The notes under the pieces are model-generated. The model saw nothing but the letters and a program-made list of their open reading frames with translations, made no database searches and was not told the DNA's origin. A DNA stretch of 64,000 nucleotides from an uncultured Pelagibacteraceae bacterium (lineage in GTDB: Bacteria > Pseudomonadota > Alphaproteobacteria > Pelagibacterales > Pelagibacteraceae), in contig CACMTO010000004.1 of assembly GCA_902616645.1 (NCBI GenBank), positions 25,889-89,888 on the forward strand, written 5' to 3'. A program made the translations under genes and the position numbers. Positions 17,738 through 28,514 of this stretch are shown piece after piece (position 1 is the first letter of the stretch; each line of letters starts with the position of its first letter).

Positions 17738-18113
17738 ATTTATTTATAATTTTCCTGACAAAAATTACAACAACCACACCTGAAAAATTTCCAAATAAGT
17801 CTGAAATTTGAAAACTTCTTTCTGGTATAAATAAATGTAATATTTCAAGAATAAATGATAATAAAAGTAAATAAATGATTAAATTTTTAGTTTGATTCTT
17901 GTTTCTAAAAGTTAAAAACCCGACAGCTGATACCAGTACAAAAACATATACGTGATTCGAAGATACAAAAAAATCAGGTGTTATTTGAGGTTGTATTTTA
18001 TTATCATTATAAACCAGAAGTCCAAATAAACTGCCTGGATAAAGATATAAAGTTATTAAAGAAATGTTTATTGAATAAAATATTATTTTATAATTAGAAA
18101 AAAATTTAATCAT
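17718..18113 (-). CDS. VanZ family membrane protein
   Basis: NHVY.F and EILHLFIPERSF..SDL.GN..G; four hydrophobic segments. Confidence 0.8.
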   Translation of the reverse strand: MIKFFSNYKIIFYSINISLITLYLYPGSLFGLLVYNDNKIQPQITPDFFVSSNHVYVFVLVSAVGFLTFRNKNQTKNLIIYLLLLSFILEILHLFIPERSFQISDLFGNFSGVVVVIFVRKIINKYGIQKK

Positions 18114-18158
18114 TTAATTATATAGTTTTATTTATAAATATATTTTAAAAATGACAAT

Positions 18159-18872
18159 ATGAGTTTTTTAATTCTAGTAAGACATGGTCAAAGCACTTGG
18201 AATCTTGAAAAAAGATTCACTGGCTGGGTAGATGTTGAACTTACAGAGAAGGGTAAATCAGAGGCTAAAAAAGCTGGTCTTTTAGTCAAAACAAAAGGAA
18301 TTAAAATAAACCTTTATTATTCATCCCTACAATTACGGGCAAATCACACTATGAAAATTATTCAAGAAATTTTAAAAGAAAGAAAAGAATTTACTAAAGC
18401 TTGGCAACTTAATGAGAGACATTATGGAGCGTTAACAGGACTGAACAAAACCGAGATGAGTAAAAAAATTGGTGCAGATAGAGTACATGAATTTCGAAGA
18501 TCTTGGGATGTAAGACCAGAAGCTCTTAAAAGAGATAGTCAATTTCACCCCCTAAACATTAAAACTTATAAAGATGTGCCAAAAGAGTTAATACCCGATA
18601 CAGAGTCTCTTAAAGATACATATGAAAGAGTAATAAAGTATTTCAGAGAGGAAATTTTAGATAAATTAAAGGAAAATAATATTTTGATTTCTGCCCATGG
18701 CAACTCAATCAGAGCATTATGTAAAAATCTATTTAATTTAGATGAAAATCAAATCTCAAAATTAGAGATTCCTACAGGAAATCCTTTAATTATTGAATTT
18801 AATTCACAAAATGAGATAATTTTATGTGAGTATCTGGACAAAGAAAGAGCTAAAGATCTTGTAGTTTTTTAA
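18159..18872 (+). CDS. gpmA: 2,3-bisphosphoglycerate-dependent phosphoglycerate mutase
   Basis: LVRHGQSTWN..RFTGW, LNERHYG, AHGNSIR, IPTG. Confidence 0.95.
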   Translation: MSFLILVRHGQSTWNLEKRFTGWVDVELTEKGKSEAKKAGLLVKTKGIKINLYYSSLQLRANHTMKIIQEILKERKEFTKAWQLNERHYGALTGLNKTEMSKKIGADRVHEFRRSWDVRPEALKRDSQFHPLNIKTYKDVPKELIPDTESLKDTYERVIKYFREEILDKLKENNILISAHGNSIRALCKNLFNLDENQISKLEIPTGNPLIIEFNSQNEIILCEYLDKERAKDLVVF

Positions 18873-19539
18873 AAGTTTCCAAATTTGTTAAATGATAAAA
18901 CTTATTAAAGCTTTCAAATCCAAATAATTTATTCTTGTCTAAAATTTCATTCCAAACTCTTGTGATAGAAAAACTACTGTTTTCATAATTTTTAAATAAA
19001 CTCTTATTCAGAATTTGACAGCCAATATAAATAAAATTTTTATCGTCTTTTTTTTTTAGTAAATTATCTCTAAAACTAAAATCTCCTTTAAGATTTTCAT
19101 CAAAACTCAGTGATTTATTTGCTATCAAAAGAATACTTTTGATCTCATTTGAAAAATAAAAATTCTGCATTTTGTCGATTTCATGAACATATTCTTTGTT
19201 CCACAAAGTATCAGGATTTAAGATTAAAAAATCATTTTCCTTTGAATTTTTAATCATATTTAAAATTCCTCCTCCAGTATCTAAGATTGTTTTGCCATCA
19301 TTTATAATCTGAATCTCTATTGAAAAGTTTTTTTTTTTTATAAATTCAATTATTTGGTTACTTAAATAAAATGTATTTAAAAGAATTTTTTTAATACCTA
19401 ATTGAATTAGCATATTAATACAGTTCTCTAACATTGTGACATTATTTAATTCAAGAAGAGGTTTTGGTGTTTTTAAAGTTAAAGGATTTAATCTTACTCC
19501 ATAACCAGCACAAAGTATTAACGCAGTGTTAATTCGCAT
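18850..19539 (-). CDS. murU: MurNAc-1-phosphate uridylyltransferase-like nucleotidyltransferase
   Basis: ALILCAGYGVRL.PLT..TPKPL, LDTGGG; lies downstream of amgK. Confidence 0.82.
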   Translation of the reverse strand: MRINTALILCAGYGVRLNPLTLKTPKPLLELNNVTMLENCINMLIQLGIKKILLNTFYLSNQIIEFIKKKNFSIEIQIINDGKTILDTGGGILNMIKNSKENDFLILNPDTLWNKEYVHEIDKMQNFYFSNEIKSILLIANKSLSFDENLKGDFSFRDNLLKKKDDKNFIYIGCQILNKSLFKNYENSSFSITRVWNEILDKNKLFGFESFNKFYHLTNLETFKKLQDL

Positions 19540-20476
19540 TAAATTTCCCTCTAAAATTTTGATTTAATAAAATTTTTAGATCGTCAAAGACTTTATTTTC
19601 ATTTATTCGTAGTTCGATTAACCTCCATGTATATGGTATCAATCTTAAATATTTTTTTTTACCGTCTCTAAATGCTAACCGAGTAAATATTCCAATTATT
19701 TTTAAATTTCTTAATATTGACAATATTTCAAAATCGTTTTTGAATTTTTTGATATCAATTTTCTTTTGTTTTTTTACGTATAAATCAAATACTTTTTTTT
19801 TAAATGATTTTGAAGTTTTAAATCTTACATCATCTACTAATGAAGCTAAATCGTATGCCTTATTACCAATTAAAGCATCTTGACTGTCTATCAATCCAAT
19901 CTTATTTTTGATTATCATTAAATTTGATACATGAAAATCTCTGTGAACAAAAAAATCATTTTTTAATTTTAAATTCAAGATAAGTTTTTTTATGATTATT
20001 TTAAATTTCCTTGAAAATTTATTTCTTCTTGCTTTCAAAAGGTTTTTTTTTACATACCAATCACAAAATAAATTTGCTTCTTTAAATAATATCCTTCTAT
20101 CATATTTGGGAATTGTATAGTTTTTATTTTTAAAATTCATAACATTTCTATTCTTAATCGATTGTATTTTAATTAATAAGTTTATTATCTTTTTAAAATA
20201 ATGAAATTTATTAGTATTATTTTTACTTAATTTATTAAAAATAGTTTCGTTTCCAAAATCTTGGATCTCAATGTAATTTTTATTATATTCTTCATTAATC
20301 AAACTTGGAGCTAGAATTTTATTCTTATTCAAAATTTGATTAATAGCATCATAAATGAGTAAATTTTTAAATTTTTCTTTTTTTGAATAAACTATTATTG
20401 AGCTTTTGATATTATTTTTCTTTCTAAAAAACTTTCTATGTGATGCATCTCCTTTCATTTTTATTAAATTTTTCAT
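19529..20476 (-). CDS. amgK: Anomeric MurNAc/GlcNAc kinase (APH-like phosphotransferase)
   Basis: GDASHRKFFR, HRDFH..NLM, IDSQDA..G..YDLASL, LKIIGIF.RL..RDGK. Confidence 0.87.
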   Translation of the reverse strand: MKNLIKMKGDASHRKFFRKKNNIKSSIIVYSKKEKFKNLLIYDAINQILNKNKILAPSLINEEYNKNYIEIQDFGNETIFNKLSKNNTNKFHYFKKIINLLIKIQSIKNRNVMNFKNKNYTIPKYDRRILFKEANLFCDWYVKKNLLKARRNKFSRKFKIIIKKLILNLKLKNDFFVHRDFHVSNLMIIKNKIGLIDSQDALIGNKAYDLASLVDDVRFKTSKSFKKKVFDLYVKKQKKIDIKKFKNDFEILSILRNLKIIGIFTRLAFRDGKKKYLRLIPYTWRLIELRINENKVFDDLKILLNQNFRGKFNAN

Positions 20477-20480
20477 AAAA

Positions 20481-20936
20481 TTAAAGATTTAAACCTTTGA
20501 TTTCTAAAGACCTTGCTTCATGACCTTTTCGGTATTCAAAATTTAATTCTATCAAATTTTTTGGTTTTTGCTTTAATATTTGTGGCCATTCAACAAATGT
20601 AATTATGTTATTACTATCCTCGAATAAATCTAAATTATTAGTTTCCTCAACTGATTTTAATCTAAATAAATCGTAATGTTTTATATTAATATTATTTACT
20701 TGATACTCATTAAGTAAATTAAATGTAGGACTGGTAACCTCAGTGATTTCCTGTTTGTTTGCTTTCTGGAACCCGTTAATTAAGTATCTGACGAACGTAG
20801 TTTTACCTACACCAATTTCACCCCGTAAAAATATAATATTTCCTGGTTTTATCTTTTTAAGAAATTTATTTGCAAATTCTTCTGTTTGTTTTTCTGAAGA
20901 TAAGTTTATTTTATCACTTCTAATAGCGATAGGCAT
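20481..20936 (-). CDS. tsaE: tRNA t6A biosynthesis ATPase
   Basis: [26 protein letters not shown]. Confidence 0.93.
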   Translation of the reverse strand: MPIAIRSDKINLSSEKQTEEFANKFLKKIKPGNIIFLRGEIGVGKTTFVRYLINGFQKANKQEITEVTSPTFNLLNEYQVNNINIKHYDLFRLKSVEETNNLDLFEDSNNIITFVEWPQILKQKPKNLIELNFEYRKGHEARSLEIKGLNL

Positions 20937-22206
20937 CAGGTTTATAAGGACCCTCTATTCCAACGCTTATATAGTCAGCCTGTTCTTTTGATAATTTTGT
21001 TAATTTTGCTCCGACTTTTTTAAGATGTAAAGTTGCAACCTTTTCATCTAAATGTTTAGGTAAAACATAAACTTTATTTTCATAATTTTTAAAATTATTC
21101 CAAAGCTCTATTTGAGCTATTACTTGGTTAGTAAAAGATGCACTCATTACAAAGCTTGGGTGACCAGTTGCACAACCTAGATTAACTAATCTGCCCTCTG
21201 CAAGTAAAATTATTCTCTTGTTACTTGGTAATGTAATCTCATGAACTTGGGGTTTAATTTCGTCCCATTTATAGTTTTTTAATGCATCAACTTGTATCTC
21301 GTTATCAAAGTGACCGATGTTACATAGGATTGCTCTATCCTTCATTTCTCTCATATGATCTGCTGTAACAATATCTTTATTGCCAGTAGCTGTGACTACA
21401 ATATCTGCTTGGCTAATCATATCATCCATTGTGACAACTTCATAACCCTCCATTGCAGCTTGAAGAGCGCAGATGGGGTCGGTTTCAGTAACCATTACTC
21501 TTGCACCAGATTGCCTTAATGAGGCTGCACTACCCTTTCCAACGTCTCCAAAGCCAGCTACTATTGCCACTTTGCCAGACATCATAACATCTGTTGCTCT
21601 CTTGATTCCGTCAACTAAACTTTCTCTACACCCATATAAGTTGTCAAATTTTGATTTTGTAACTGAGTCATTAACATTAATAGCTGGAACTAAAAGTGTT
21701 CCCTCTTGCTCCATTTTCTTAAGAGCTAAAACACCGGTTGTTGTTTCTTCTGATAAACCCTTAATATCTTTCATTAAATTCTTAAAATCTTTATGCATTA
21801 AAGCTGTTAGATCTCCACCATCATCTAAAATCATATTAGGCTTCCAATCTTTTTTTCCTTCAATTGTCTGTTTAACACACCACCAATATTCTTTTTCAGT
21901 TTCACCTTTCCAAGCAAATACTGGAATACCAGCTTTAGCAATAGCTGCTGCTGCATGGTCTTGAGTTGAAAATATATTACAAGATGACCATCTAACCTCT
22001 GCACCTAGTTCAACTAAAGTTTCAATTAATACCGCAGTTTGAATTGTCATGTGAAGACATCCAACTATTCTTGCACCTTTTAATGGATGTTTACCCTTGT
22101 ACTCTTCTCTTAGAGCTATTAATCCTGGCATCTCACTTTCAGCTATTGAAATCTCTTTTCTTCCAAAATCTGCTAAGGATATATCTTTTACTTTAAAATC
22201 TTCCAT
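20920..22206 (-). CDS. ahcY: Adenosylhomocysteinase
   Basis: [43 protein letters not shown]. Confidence 0.98.
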   Translation of the reverse strand: MEDFKVKDISLADFGRKEISIAESEMPGLIALREEYKGKHPLKGARIVGCLHMTIQTAVLIETLVELGAEVRWSSCNIFSTQDHAAAAIAKAGIPVFAWKGETEKEYWWCVKQTIEGKKDWKPNMILDDGGDLTALMHKDFKNLMKDIKGLSEETTTGVLALKKMEQEGTLLVPAINVNDSVTKSKFDNLYGCRESLVDGIKRATDVMMSGKVAIVAGFGDVGKGSAASLRQSGARVMVTETDPICALQAAMEGYEVVTMDDMISQADIVVTATGNKDIVTADHMREMKDRAILCNIGHFDNEIQVDALKNYKWDEIKPQVHEITLPSNKRIILLAEGRLVNLGCATGHPSFVMSASFTNQVIAQIELWNNFKNYENKVYVLPKHLDEKVATLHLKKVGAKLTKLSKEQADYISVGIEGPYKPDAYRY

Positions 22207-22213
22207 GGTGAGT

Positions 22214-22242
22214 TTTCTAACAATAAAGGATTAATTAATCAA
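22214..22242 (-). promoter_or_regulatory. Putative sigma70 promoter giving a leaderless ahcY mRNA
   Basis: Minus strand TTGATT-N17-TAGAAA, ending 7 nt before the ATG. Confidence 0.45.
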
Positions 22243-22251
22243 TAGCGCTCT

Positions 22252-23793
22252 TTAGACTTTAGGGAAAGTAACTTCCATACTAGCTCCTTTTTGATCAATT
22301 CTATTAGATGCTTTTATCGTTGCATTATGTAAATCTACTAAATTCTTAACAATATTTAGACCTAACCCTGAATGTTCTCCAAATTTATCTGGTCGATTAC
22401 TATAAAACCTTCTAAAAATTCTATTAGTATCTTTTTCTTTAAATCCTTGTCCTTCATCTAGGACATTCAATATAACTTTATTATCATTAGATTTTGAGAG
22501 TTTTACTAAAACCTCTTTATTCCTCATACTAAAAGATACAGCGTTATCTAAAAGGTTAGCAATAATTTGCTCTATTCTATTTTCAATTCCATTAATAAAA
22601 TATTTGTTTTTTCCATCATTTATAAAAGATATTTTAACTCCTTTTTTTACTTTATAAATATTATTAAAATCATCTACAACAGATTTTATAATTGGTTCAA
22701 TATCTAGTTTTTTGATTTTTTCTTTACTTAACGCAACTTCATCTTTAAGCATTTGTGAATAGTCAGTTATTAATCTTTCTATTCTTTGAACATCGTGACT
22801 CAAGATATCTATCAATTTTATTCTTTGGTCAATATCATTTGTATCATGCAGTATTTCTGATGCACTTTTAAGAGATGCTAGAGGGTTTCTTATTTCATGC
22901 ACAAGGTCTGTTGAAAAATTTTCAGCATGTGAAATTCTTTTTTGTAACTCTGAAGTCATATCATCTAAAGAATTCGATAATAAACCAAGCTCATCATTTC
23001 TTAATTTCAGCACCTCTATATTTGTTTTTTTTGTATCTTTATTTTTGATTGTCTTTGTGTAACTTACCAGATTTTTAATTGGTTTTAAAAAATATCTATT
23101 TAATACAAATGAAAAAATAAAAATAACAATACCAACAGCTATTGCTGTTCTAATAATAAATGATTTTCTCTCATCTATCGCTGCTTTTATATCATTTGCA
23201 TTTTCTGAAATAGCTAAATAACCAATATTTTTTCCATTTTGCATAACATTTTTAATAGTGGTTAATTTAAATTTGTTAAAACCTTCCTCTGTAAAAGTAA
23301 AAGGTATTCCATATTTTTTGGATTCTGCATAATCAAATAATATATCTTTTAATGAAACAGCATTTTTTTTTCCTATGTTAATATTTTTTTTTTCAGTGAT
23401 TTCTTTATTTTTTTTTTCACTTAATATTTCTAGCTCAACAGTATCCAAACGAGATGAGAATGCTCTTGGATCAAGATCTAATGTATCTGTATCTCCAATT
23501 AAATTCATTTCATCATCAAAAAATATTACCCTATCAAGATTTTGAAAAAGAAATCTGGTAGAGAATAAAAATTTTCTAATATCCTCCTCAACAAATTTAA
23601 CATTTAATCTACTTAAATTGTCTATAGTATTATTTATAACTTCAATATGATTAGAGGATTTTTTTTTTATTAAATTTGGCTGAACATTTTCCAAGTAAAC
23701 AAAGGTAAAAGTACCAATTATTGTAAAAAAAATAAAATTAATGAATAAAAATTTTTTTAAAATAGATAAATTTTTTAGCAAATTGTTGAACAT
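22252..23793 (-). CDS. chvG: Sensor histidine kinase ChvG
   Basis: Two TM segments, HAMP (RNDELG.L), HEIRNPL, NLLDNA, SGLGL; coupled to chvI. Confidence 0.9.
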   Translation of the reverse strand: MFNNLLKNLSILKKFLFINFIFFTIIGTFTFVYLENVQPNLIKKKSSNHIEVINNTIDNLSRLNVKFVEEDIRKFLFSTRFLFQNLDRVIFFDDEMNLIGDTDTLDLDPRAFSSRLDTVELEILSEKKNKEITEKKNINIGKKNAVSLKDILFDYAESKKYGIPFTFTEEGFNKFKLTTIKNVMQNGKNIGYLAISENANDIKAAIDERKSFIIRTAIAVGIVIFIFSFVLNRYFLKPIKNLVSYTKTIKNKDTKKTNIEVLKLRNDELGLLSNSLDDMTSELQKRISHAENFSTDLVHEIRNPLASLKSASEILHDTNDIDQRIKLIDILSHDVQRIERLITDYSQMLKDEVALSKEKIKKLDIEPIIKSVVDDFNNIYKVKKGVKISFINDGKNKYFINGIENRIEQIIANLLDNAVSFSMRNKEVLVKLSKSNDNKVILNVLDEGQGFKEKDTNRIFRRFYSNRPDKFGEHSGLGLNIVKNLVDLHNATIKASNRIDQKGASMEVTFPKV

Positions 23794-24500
23794 TAGCTAA
23801 CATTCCACCTATATCCACTTCCGTATCTTGTCTCTATAGCTGAAAATTCAGGATCGACCTTTTTGAATTTTTTTCTTATTCTTTTAACGTGACTATCAAT
23901 TGTTCGATCCTCAATATCAGTATCTTCTCTATAAGCTATATCCATTAATTGTGCTCTTTCTTTAATAATTCCCGGTCTTTTAGCTAATTCTTTAACCAAT
24001 AAAAATTCTGTTGTTGTAAGTTTATCAGGTAGTTGCTTACCTCCCCACTCGCACTCTAATTGTGAAGGATCTAGTTTTAGTTTTCCATGTGATATGATAC
24101 TTTTACTTTCCTCTAAAATCTCTTTTGAGTCTTTTTTACGAAGCTGCACTCTTATTCTTTCTATTAATACTTTTATTGAAAACCCTCCTGATTTTTTTAC
24201 ATAATCATCAGCTCCTAATTTCAATCCAAGTAATTCATCAATCTCATCATCTTTTGATGTTAGAAAAATTACTGGTAATGAAGTTTTTTTTCTCAACTTC
24301 TTTAGTAATTCCTCACCATCCATTTTTGGCATTTTAATATCAATTATAGCTAAGTCTGGTGGTGTTCTTGTTAATCCGATTAAAGCACTTTCTCCATCAA
24401 TATACGTTTGAACTTTAAAACCCTCTTTTTCTAAGGCAATGCTTAAGCTAGTGAGAATGTTTCTATCGTCATCTATCAATGCAATTGTTTCTTTATTCAT
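23793..24500 (-). CDS. chvI: OmpR-family response regulator ChvI
   Basis: IALIDDDRNILTS, DIKMPKMDG, FLTSKDDEID, DRTIDSHVKR. Confidence 0.93.
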   Translation of the reverse strand: MNKETIALIDDDRNILTSLSIALEKEGFKVQTYIDGESALIGLTRTPPDLAIIDIKMPKMDGEELLKKLRKKTSLPVIFLTSKDDEIDELLGLKLGADDYVKKSGGFSIKVLIERIRVQLRKKDSKEILEESKSIISHGKLKLDPSQLECEWGGKQLPDKLTTTEFLLVKELAKRPGIIKERAQLMDIAYREDTDIEDRTIDSHVKRIRKKFKKVDPEFSAIETRYGSGYRWNVS

Positions 24501-24550
24501 ACTATAATATAAAAATACTAAATTGTTCTAATTTGGGCAATAATTTTAAA

Positions 24551-27325
24551 TTAATGTAGTGAGCCCCAGTTATCACCTATATTTAAATCGACAGTTAGAG
24601 GTATTGAGAAAGAATGATGATCACTTTTGGCAACACTGGACATTTCATCAATTATTATCTTGCTGATTCTTTTTGCTTCATTTTTTGGTGCCTCAAATAT
24701 TAGTTCATCATGAATTTGTAATAGCATTTTCGTCCTCTTGTCTTTTTCACCGTTAAGTCTCTTATCCAATCTAATCATTGCTAGCCTCATTATTTCTGAT
24801 GCAGACCCTTGAATTGGCGCATTTATTGCAGCACGTTCTTGAAAATTTCGTATATTAAAGTTTTTATCATTTATACTTAAAAAATGTGATCTTCTTCCAA
24901 AAATATTATTCACATAACCACTTTTTCTGCAGAACTTTTTTGTCTGGTCCATATAAACTTTGATTTCAGGAAACTTAGCAAAATAAGAATTTAGAAATTC
25001 TTCTGCCTCATGATTTGAGACATTAATTTGTTTCGCTAGACCATATTGAGAAATTCCATAAATAATACCAAAATTAATAGCTTTTGCTTTTCTTCTTTGG
25101 TCTTGAGATATCATTTTAATATCAACATTAAATATTTGACTAGCAGTTAATGAATGAATATCTACATTGTTTTTAAAGGCTTTTTTTAATCCTTTAACAT
25201 CAGCTAAATCTGCTAAAATTCTCATTTCAATTTGGTTATAATCTGCCGATATCAACAAATGATTTTCTTTTGCTATAAAAGATTTTCTTATATCTTTACC
25301 ATCTTCAGATTTAATTGGAATATTTTGTAGATTTGGATCACTTGATGCTAATCTACCAGTATTAGTTGCTGCTAATAAAAAGGATGTATGAACTCTTTTT
25401 GTTCTTTTATTGATATGTTCTTGAAGAGAATCCGAGTAAGTATTCTTTAATTTTGAAACTTGTCTCCAGTCTAATACTAATTTAGGAAATACGTGACCTT
25501 TAAATGCCAGATCTTCTAAAACAGCAGCACTTGTTGCAAAACTTCCTTTTTTGGTCTTTTTAAGCCCTGCGATTTTGAGATCATTATAGATTATCTCTCC
25601 TAATTGTTTTGGAGAAGCAATATTGAATTTTTTTTTTGATATCTTAAAGATCTCCTTCTGTATCATTTCAATCTTCTTTCCAAATTTATTAGATAAAACC
25701 TTCAAAAATTTGTTGTCGATTTTGATACCTTCAATTTCCATAAATGCTAAAATCTTTATCATTGGTTTCTCAAATATTTCGTAAATATTAATCATTTTTT
25801 CTTCTTTGAGACTCTTATAAAATTTTTTATACAATCTTAATGTTATGTCAGCATCCTCTGCTGCATAATCTTTTGCTTTCTCTATATCAACTTGACTAAA
25901 ATTAATTTCCTTTCTACCTGATCCAACTAGTTCTTTAAAAGAGATTGTCTTATGATTTAAATGGATTTCTGATAATGTATCCATGTTGTGTCTGTTTTTT
26001 CCGGCGTCAAGAACATATGACATGAGCATTGTATCTTCCATTGATGTGATATTAATTCCATGATTAAAAAACACTATAAAATCAAATTTTATGTTTTGAC
26101 CGATTTTTTTAATGCTTGGATCCTCAAGTAAAGGTTTTAATTTTTCAATTACAATTTTTTTATCAATACATTTATCAAAGTTATGACCAATAGGAATATA
26201 ACAAGCTTTACCAATCTTACTAGATAAAGAGACTCCAATTAGATCTGCTTGGTGAGGATCTAAAGAGTTAGTTTCAGTATCAACAGCTACTTCGCCAACA
26301 TTCTCAGCCTCTTTGATCCAATTATCAATTTCACTTGGATTTGTGATTAGAAAATATTTATTTTTAGTAATTGCATTTTGACCATCTTTGTTTTCTGAAT
26401 TACCTTTAATACTGTCTAATTTGGGTTCACCATATGCTGATATCGCTGAACTTAACAACCTATTGAATTCCATTTCTCTCAAAAATTTGTAGAGTTTATC
26501 TTTATCTATCTCCTTTAATTTGAATTCTGATAAATTCATATCAACAGGAACATCGTGCTTTAAGGTCACTAGTTGCTTACTAATTATAGCTTTATCCTTA
26601 TTTTCAGTTAAAGTTTCTCTTCGTTTATTTTGCTTAATTTCACTAGTTGAACTCAAAAGTTTTTCAAGAGTTCCATATTTATTAATTAGTTCTGCTGCTG
26701 TTTTTATACCAATTCCAGGTACACCAGGAACATTGTCACTACTATCTCCAGCTAGAGCTTGAACATCAATTACCTTTGAGGGATCAACTCCAAATTTATT
26801 TTTTACATCTTCATTAGATATGAATTTACTTTTCATTGGATCAAAAATTCGAACATCTTTTTTAAACAACTGCATAAGATCTTTATCAGACGATACTATC
26901 GTTACCTTTGCTCCTTTTTCTAAAATTTTATCAACATAAGTAGCTATTAAATCATCGGCCTCATAATTTAATAATTCCACTGAAGGTAGGTTAAATGCTA
27001 AAACAGATTTTCTTATGTATTCAAATTGTGGAGCTAAATCATCAGGCGCTTCAGATCGATTCGCTTTATAATTTGCATAAATATCATTCCTAAAAGTTTT
27101 TCTAGCGGAGTCGAATACGACTGCAAAATGTGTGGGTTTATGTTTATTATCACTTGATTTAGAGTCCTCTAAAAGTTTAAATAACATACTACAAAAACCA
27201 CTCACAGCTCCAGTGGGCAATCCATCACTTTTTCTAGTCAAAGGTGGTAAAGCATAGTATGCTCTAAATATGTATCCAGAACCATCAATTAAATAAAAGT
27301 GGTCCGTTTTTTGAATTTTATTCAT
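24551..27325 (-). CDS. polA: DNA polymerase I with 5'-3' and intact 3'-5' exonuclease motifs
   Basis: IDGSGYIFRAY, DTET, QNIKFD, YAAEDAD, DYNQIEMR, AKAINFGIIYG, QIHDE. Confidence 0.98.
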   Translation of the reverse strand: MNKIQKTDHFYLIDGSGYIFRAYYALPPLTRKSDGLPTGAVSGFCSMLFKLLEDSKSSDNKHKPTHFAVVFDSARKTFRNDIYANYKANRSEAPDDLAPQFEYIRKSVLAFNLPSVELLNYEADDLIATYVDKILEKGAKVTIVSSDKDLMQLFKKDVRIFDPMKSKFISNEDVKNKFGVDPSKVIDVQALAGDSSDNVPGVPGIGIKTAAELINKYGTLEKLLSSTSEIKQNKRRETLTENKDKAIISKQLVTLKHDVPVDMNLSEFKLKEIDKDKLYKFLREMEFNRLLSSAISAYGEPKLDSIKGNSENKDGQNAITKNKYFLITNPSEIDNWIKEAENVGEVAVDTETNSLDPHQADLIGVSLSSKIGKACYIPIGHNFDKCIDKKIVIEKLKPLLEDPSIKKIGQNIKFDFIVFFNHGINITSMEDTMLMSYVLDAGKNRHNMDTLSEIHLNHKTISFKELVGSGRKEINFSQVDIEKAKDYAAEDADITLRLYKKFYKSLKEEKMINIYEIFEKPMIKILAFMEIEGIKIDNKFLKVLSNKFGKKIEMIQKEIFKISKKKFNIASPKQLGEIIYNDLKIAGLKKTKKGSFATSAAVLEDLAFKGHVFPKLVLDWRQVSKLKNTYSDSLQEHINKRTKRVHTSFLLAATNTGRLASSDPNLQNIPIKSEDGKDIRKSFIAKENHLLISADYNQIEMRILADLADVKGLKKAFKNNVDIHSLTASQIFNVDIKMISQDQRRKAKAINFGIIYGISQYGLAKQINVSNHEAEEFLNSYFAKFPEIKVYMDQTKKFCRKSGYVNNIFGRRSHFLSINDKNFNIRNFQERAAINAPIQGSASEIMRLAMIRLDKRLNGEKDKRTKMLLQIHDELIFEAPKNEAKRISKIIIDEMSSVAKSDHHSFSIPLTVDLNIGDNWGSLH

Positions 27326-27371
27326 TATAAATTAATATAGATTCTCAATAAAAATAAGAGTATTATTTTTT

Positions 27372-27923
27372 ATGGAACTTATAAAGCAAAATTCTCATTC
27401 AAGAATAATTAAATCAGTGATAATAATTTTTTTCGGTTCAATTGCACTTGCTATTTCTGCAAAAATTAAAATTCCCTTCTATCCAGTGCCGATGACAATG
27501 CAAACATTTGTAGTTTTATTTTTAGGAATGATTTTTGGGTATAAAATAGGAATAGCCACTGTTATTTTATATTTATTTGAAGGTATTATTGGTTTACCGG
27601 TATTCTCTAACTCTCCTGAAAGAGGTGTTGGATTAACCTATTTTGTAGGACCTACTATGGGCTACTTAGTTGGATTTATTTTAGCTTGTTTTTTAGCCTC
27701 TTTTGTTAAGGAAAAAGATAATTACTTAAAAATATTCTTTAAACTCTCATTATCAGTTTCTGTAATTTACATTCTAGGTATTTTGTGGTTGGGAAATTTA
27801 ATTGGATGGGATAAACCTATTATTCAATTGGGTGTAACACCATTTCTACCAGCTGAAATAACAAAAATATTATTACTATCTTTATTAAGCAAGCAAATTT
27901 TAAAAATAAAAAAATTTACTTAG
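27372..27923 (+). CDS. bioY: Biotin transporter BioY
   Basis: PVPMTMQT, GLPVFS, GPTMGYLVGF. Confidence 0.92.
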   Translation: MELIKQNSHSRIIKSVIIIFFGSIALAISAKIKIPFYPVPMTMQTFVVLFLGMIFGYKIGIATVILYLFEGIIGLPVFSNSPERGVGLTYFVGPTMGYLVGFILACFLASFVKEKDNYLKIFFKLSLSVSVIYILGILWLGNLIGWDKPIIQLGVTPFLPAEITKILLLSLLSKQILKIKKFT

Positions 27924-28479
27924 GAGATCTTTTAGATAAAATTCTTTGTAAAGTTCTTCTGTGCATTTTTAAACGTCTTGCAGTCTCTGAAACATTTCTA
28001 TTACATAGTTCGAAGACTCTATGAATATGTTCCCATTTTACACGATCTGCTGACATTGGATTTTCTGGTGGAGCAGCTTTTTTGGCAGGATCAGCTAATA
28101 GTGCTTTTTCCACATCATCAGCATCTGCCGGTTTCGCTAAATAATCAATTGCACCTTCTTTTATGGCCGCGACGGCTGTTGGGATATTCCCATATCCAGT
28201 GAGCATTATGATTCTACTTGAAGAGTTCGAATTTTGTATTTCTTTTACAACCTCCAAACCATTTCCATCAGCTAGCCTCAAGTCGACTACTGCAAATCCT
28301 GGTTTTTTGGCTTTAACGGTATCAATTCCTTTTTGCACACCCTCAGCTTGAATAACTTCAAATCCTTTTTTTTCCATAGCTCTTGCCAATCTTTCCCTAA
28401 AAGGGTTGTCGTCATCAACAATTATTAGCTTTTTATTCTCAAAATCAGCCAAATTTTGGAGAGGTATCTCGTTTTTCAT
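27916..28479 (-). CDS. regA: RegA/ActR/PrrA redox response regulator
   Basis: LTGYGNIPTAV, WEHIHRVFELCNRNVSETARRLKMHRRTLQRIL. Confidence 0.96.
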   Translation of the reverse strand: MKNEIPLQNLADFENKKLIIVDDDNPFRERLARAMEKKGFEVIQAEGVQKGIDTVKAKKPGFAVVDLRLADGNGLEVVKEIQNSNSSSRIIMLTGYGNIPTAVAAIKEGAIDYLAKPADADDVEKALLADPAKKAAPPENPMSADRVKWEHIHRVFELCNRNVSETARRLKMHRRTLQRILSKRSPK

Positions 28480-28486
28480 AGCTTAA

Positions 28487-28514
28487 ATATGGACATAATT
28501 TTCCACAATTCAAT
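28487..28514 (-). promoter_or_regulatory. Putative regA promoter (RpoH- or RpoD-like), likely leaderless
   Basis: Minus strand ATTGAA-N16-CCATAT, ending 7 nt before the ATG at 28479. Confidence 0.45.
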
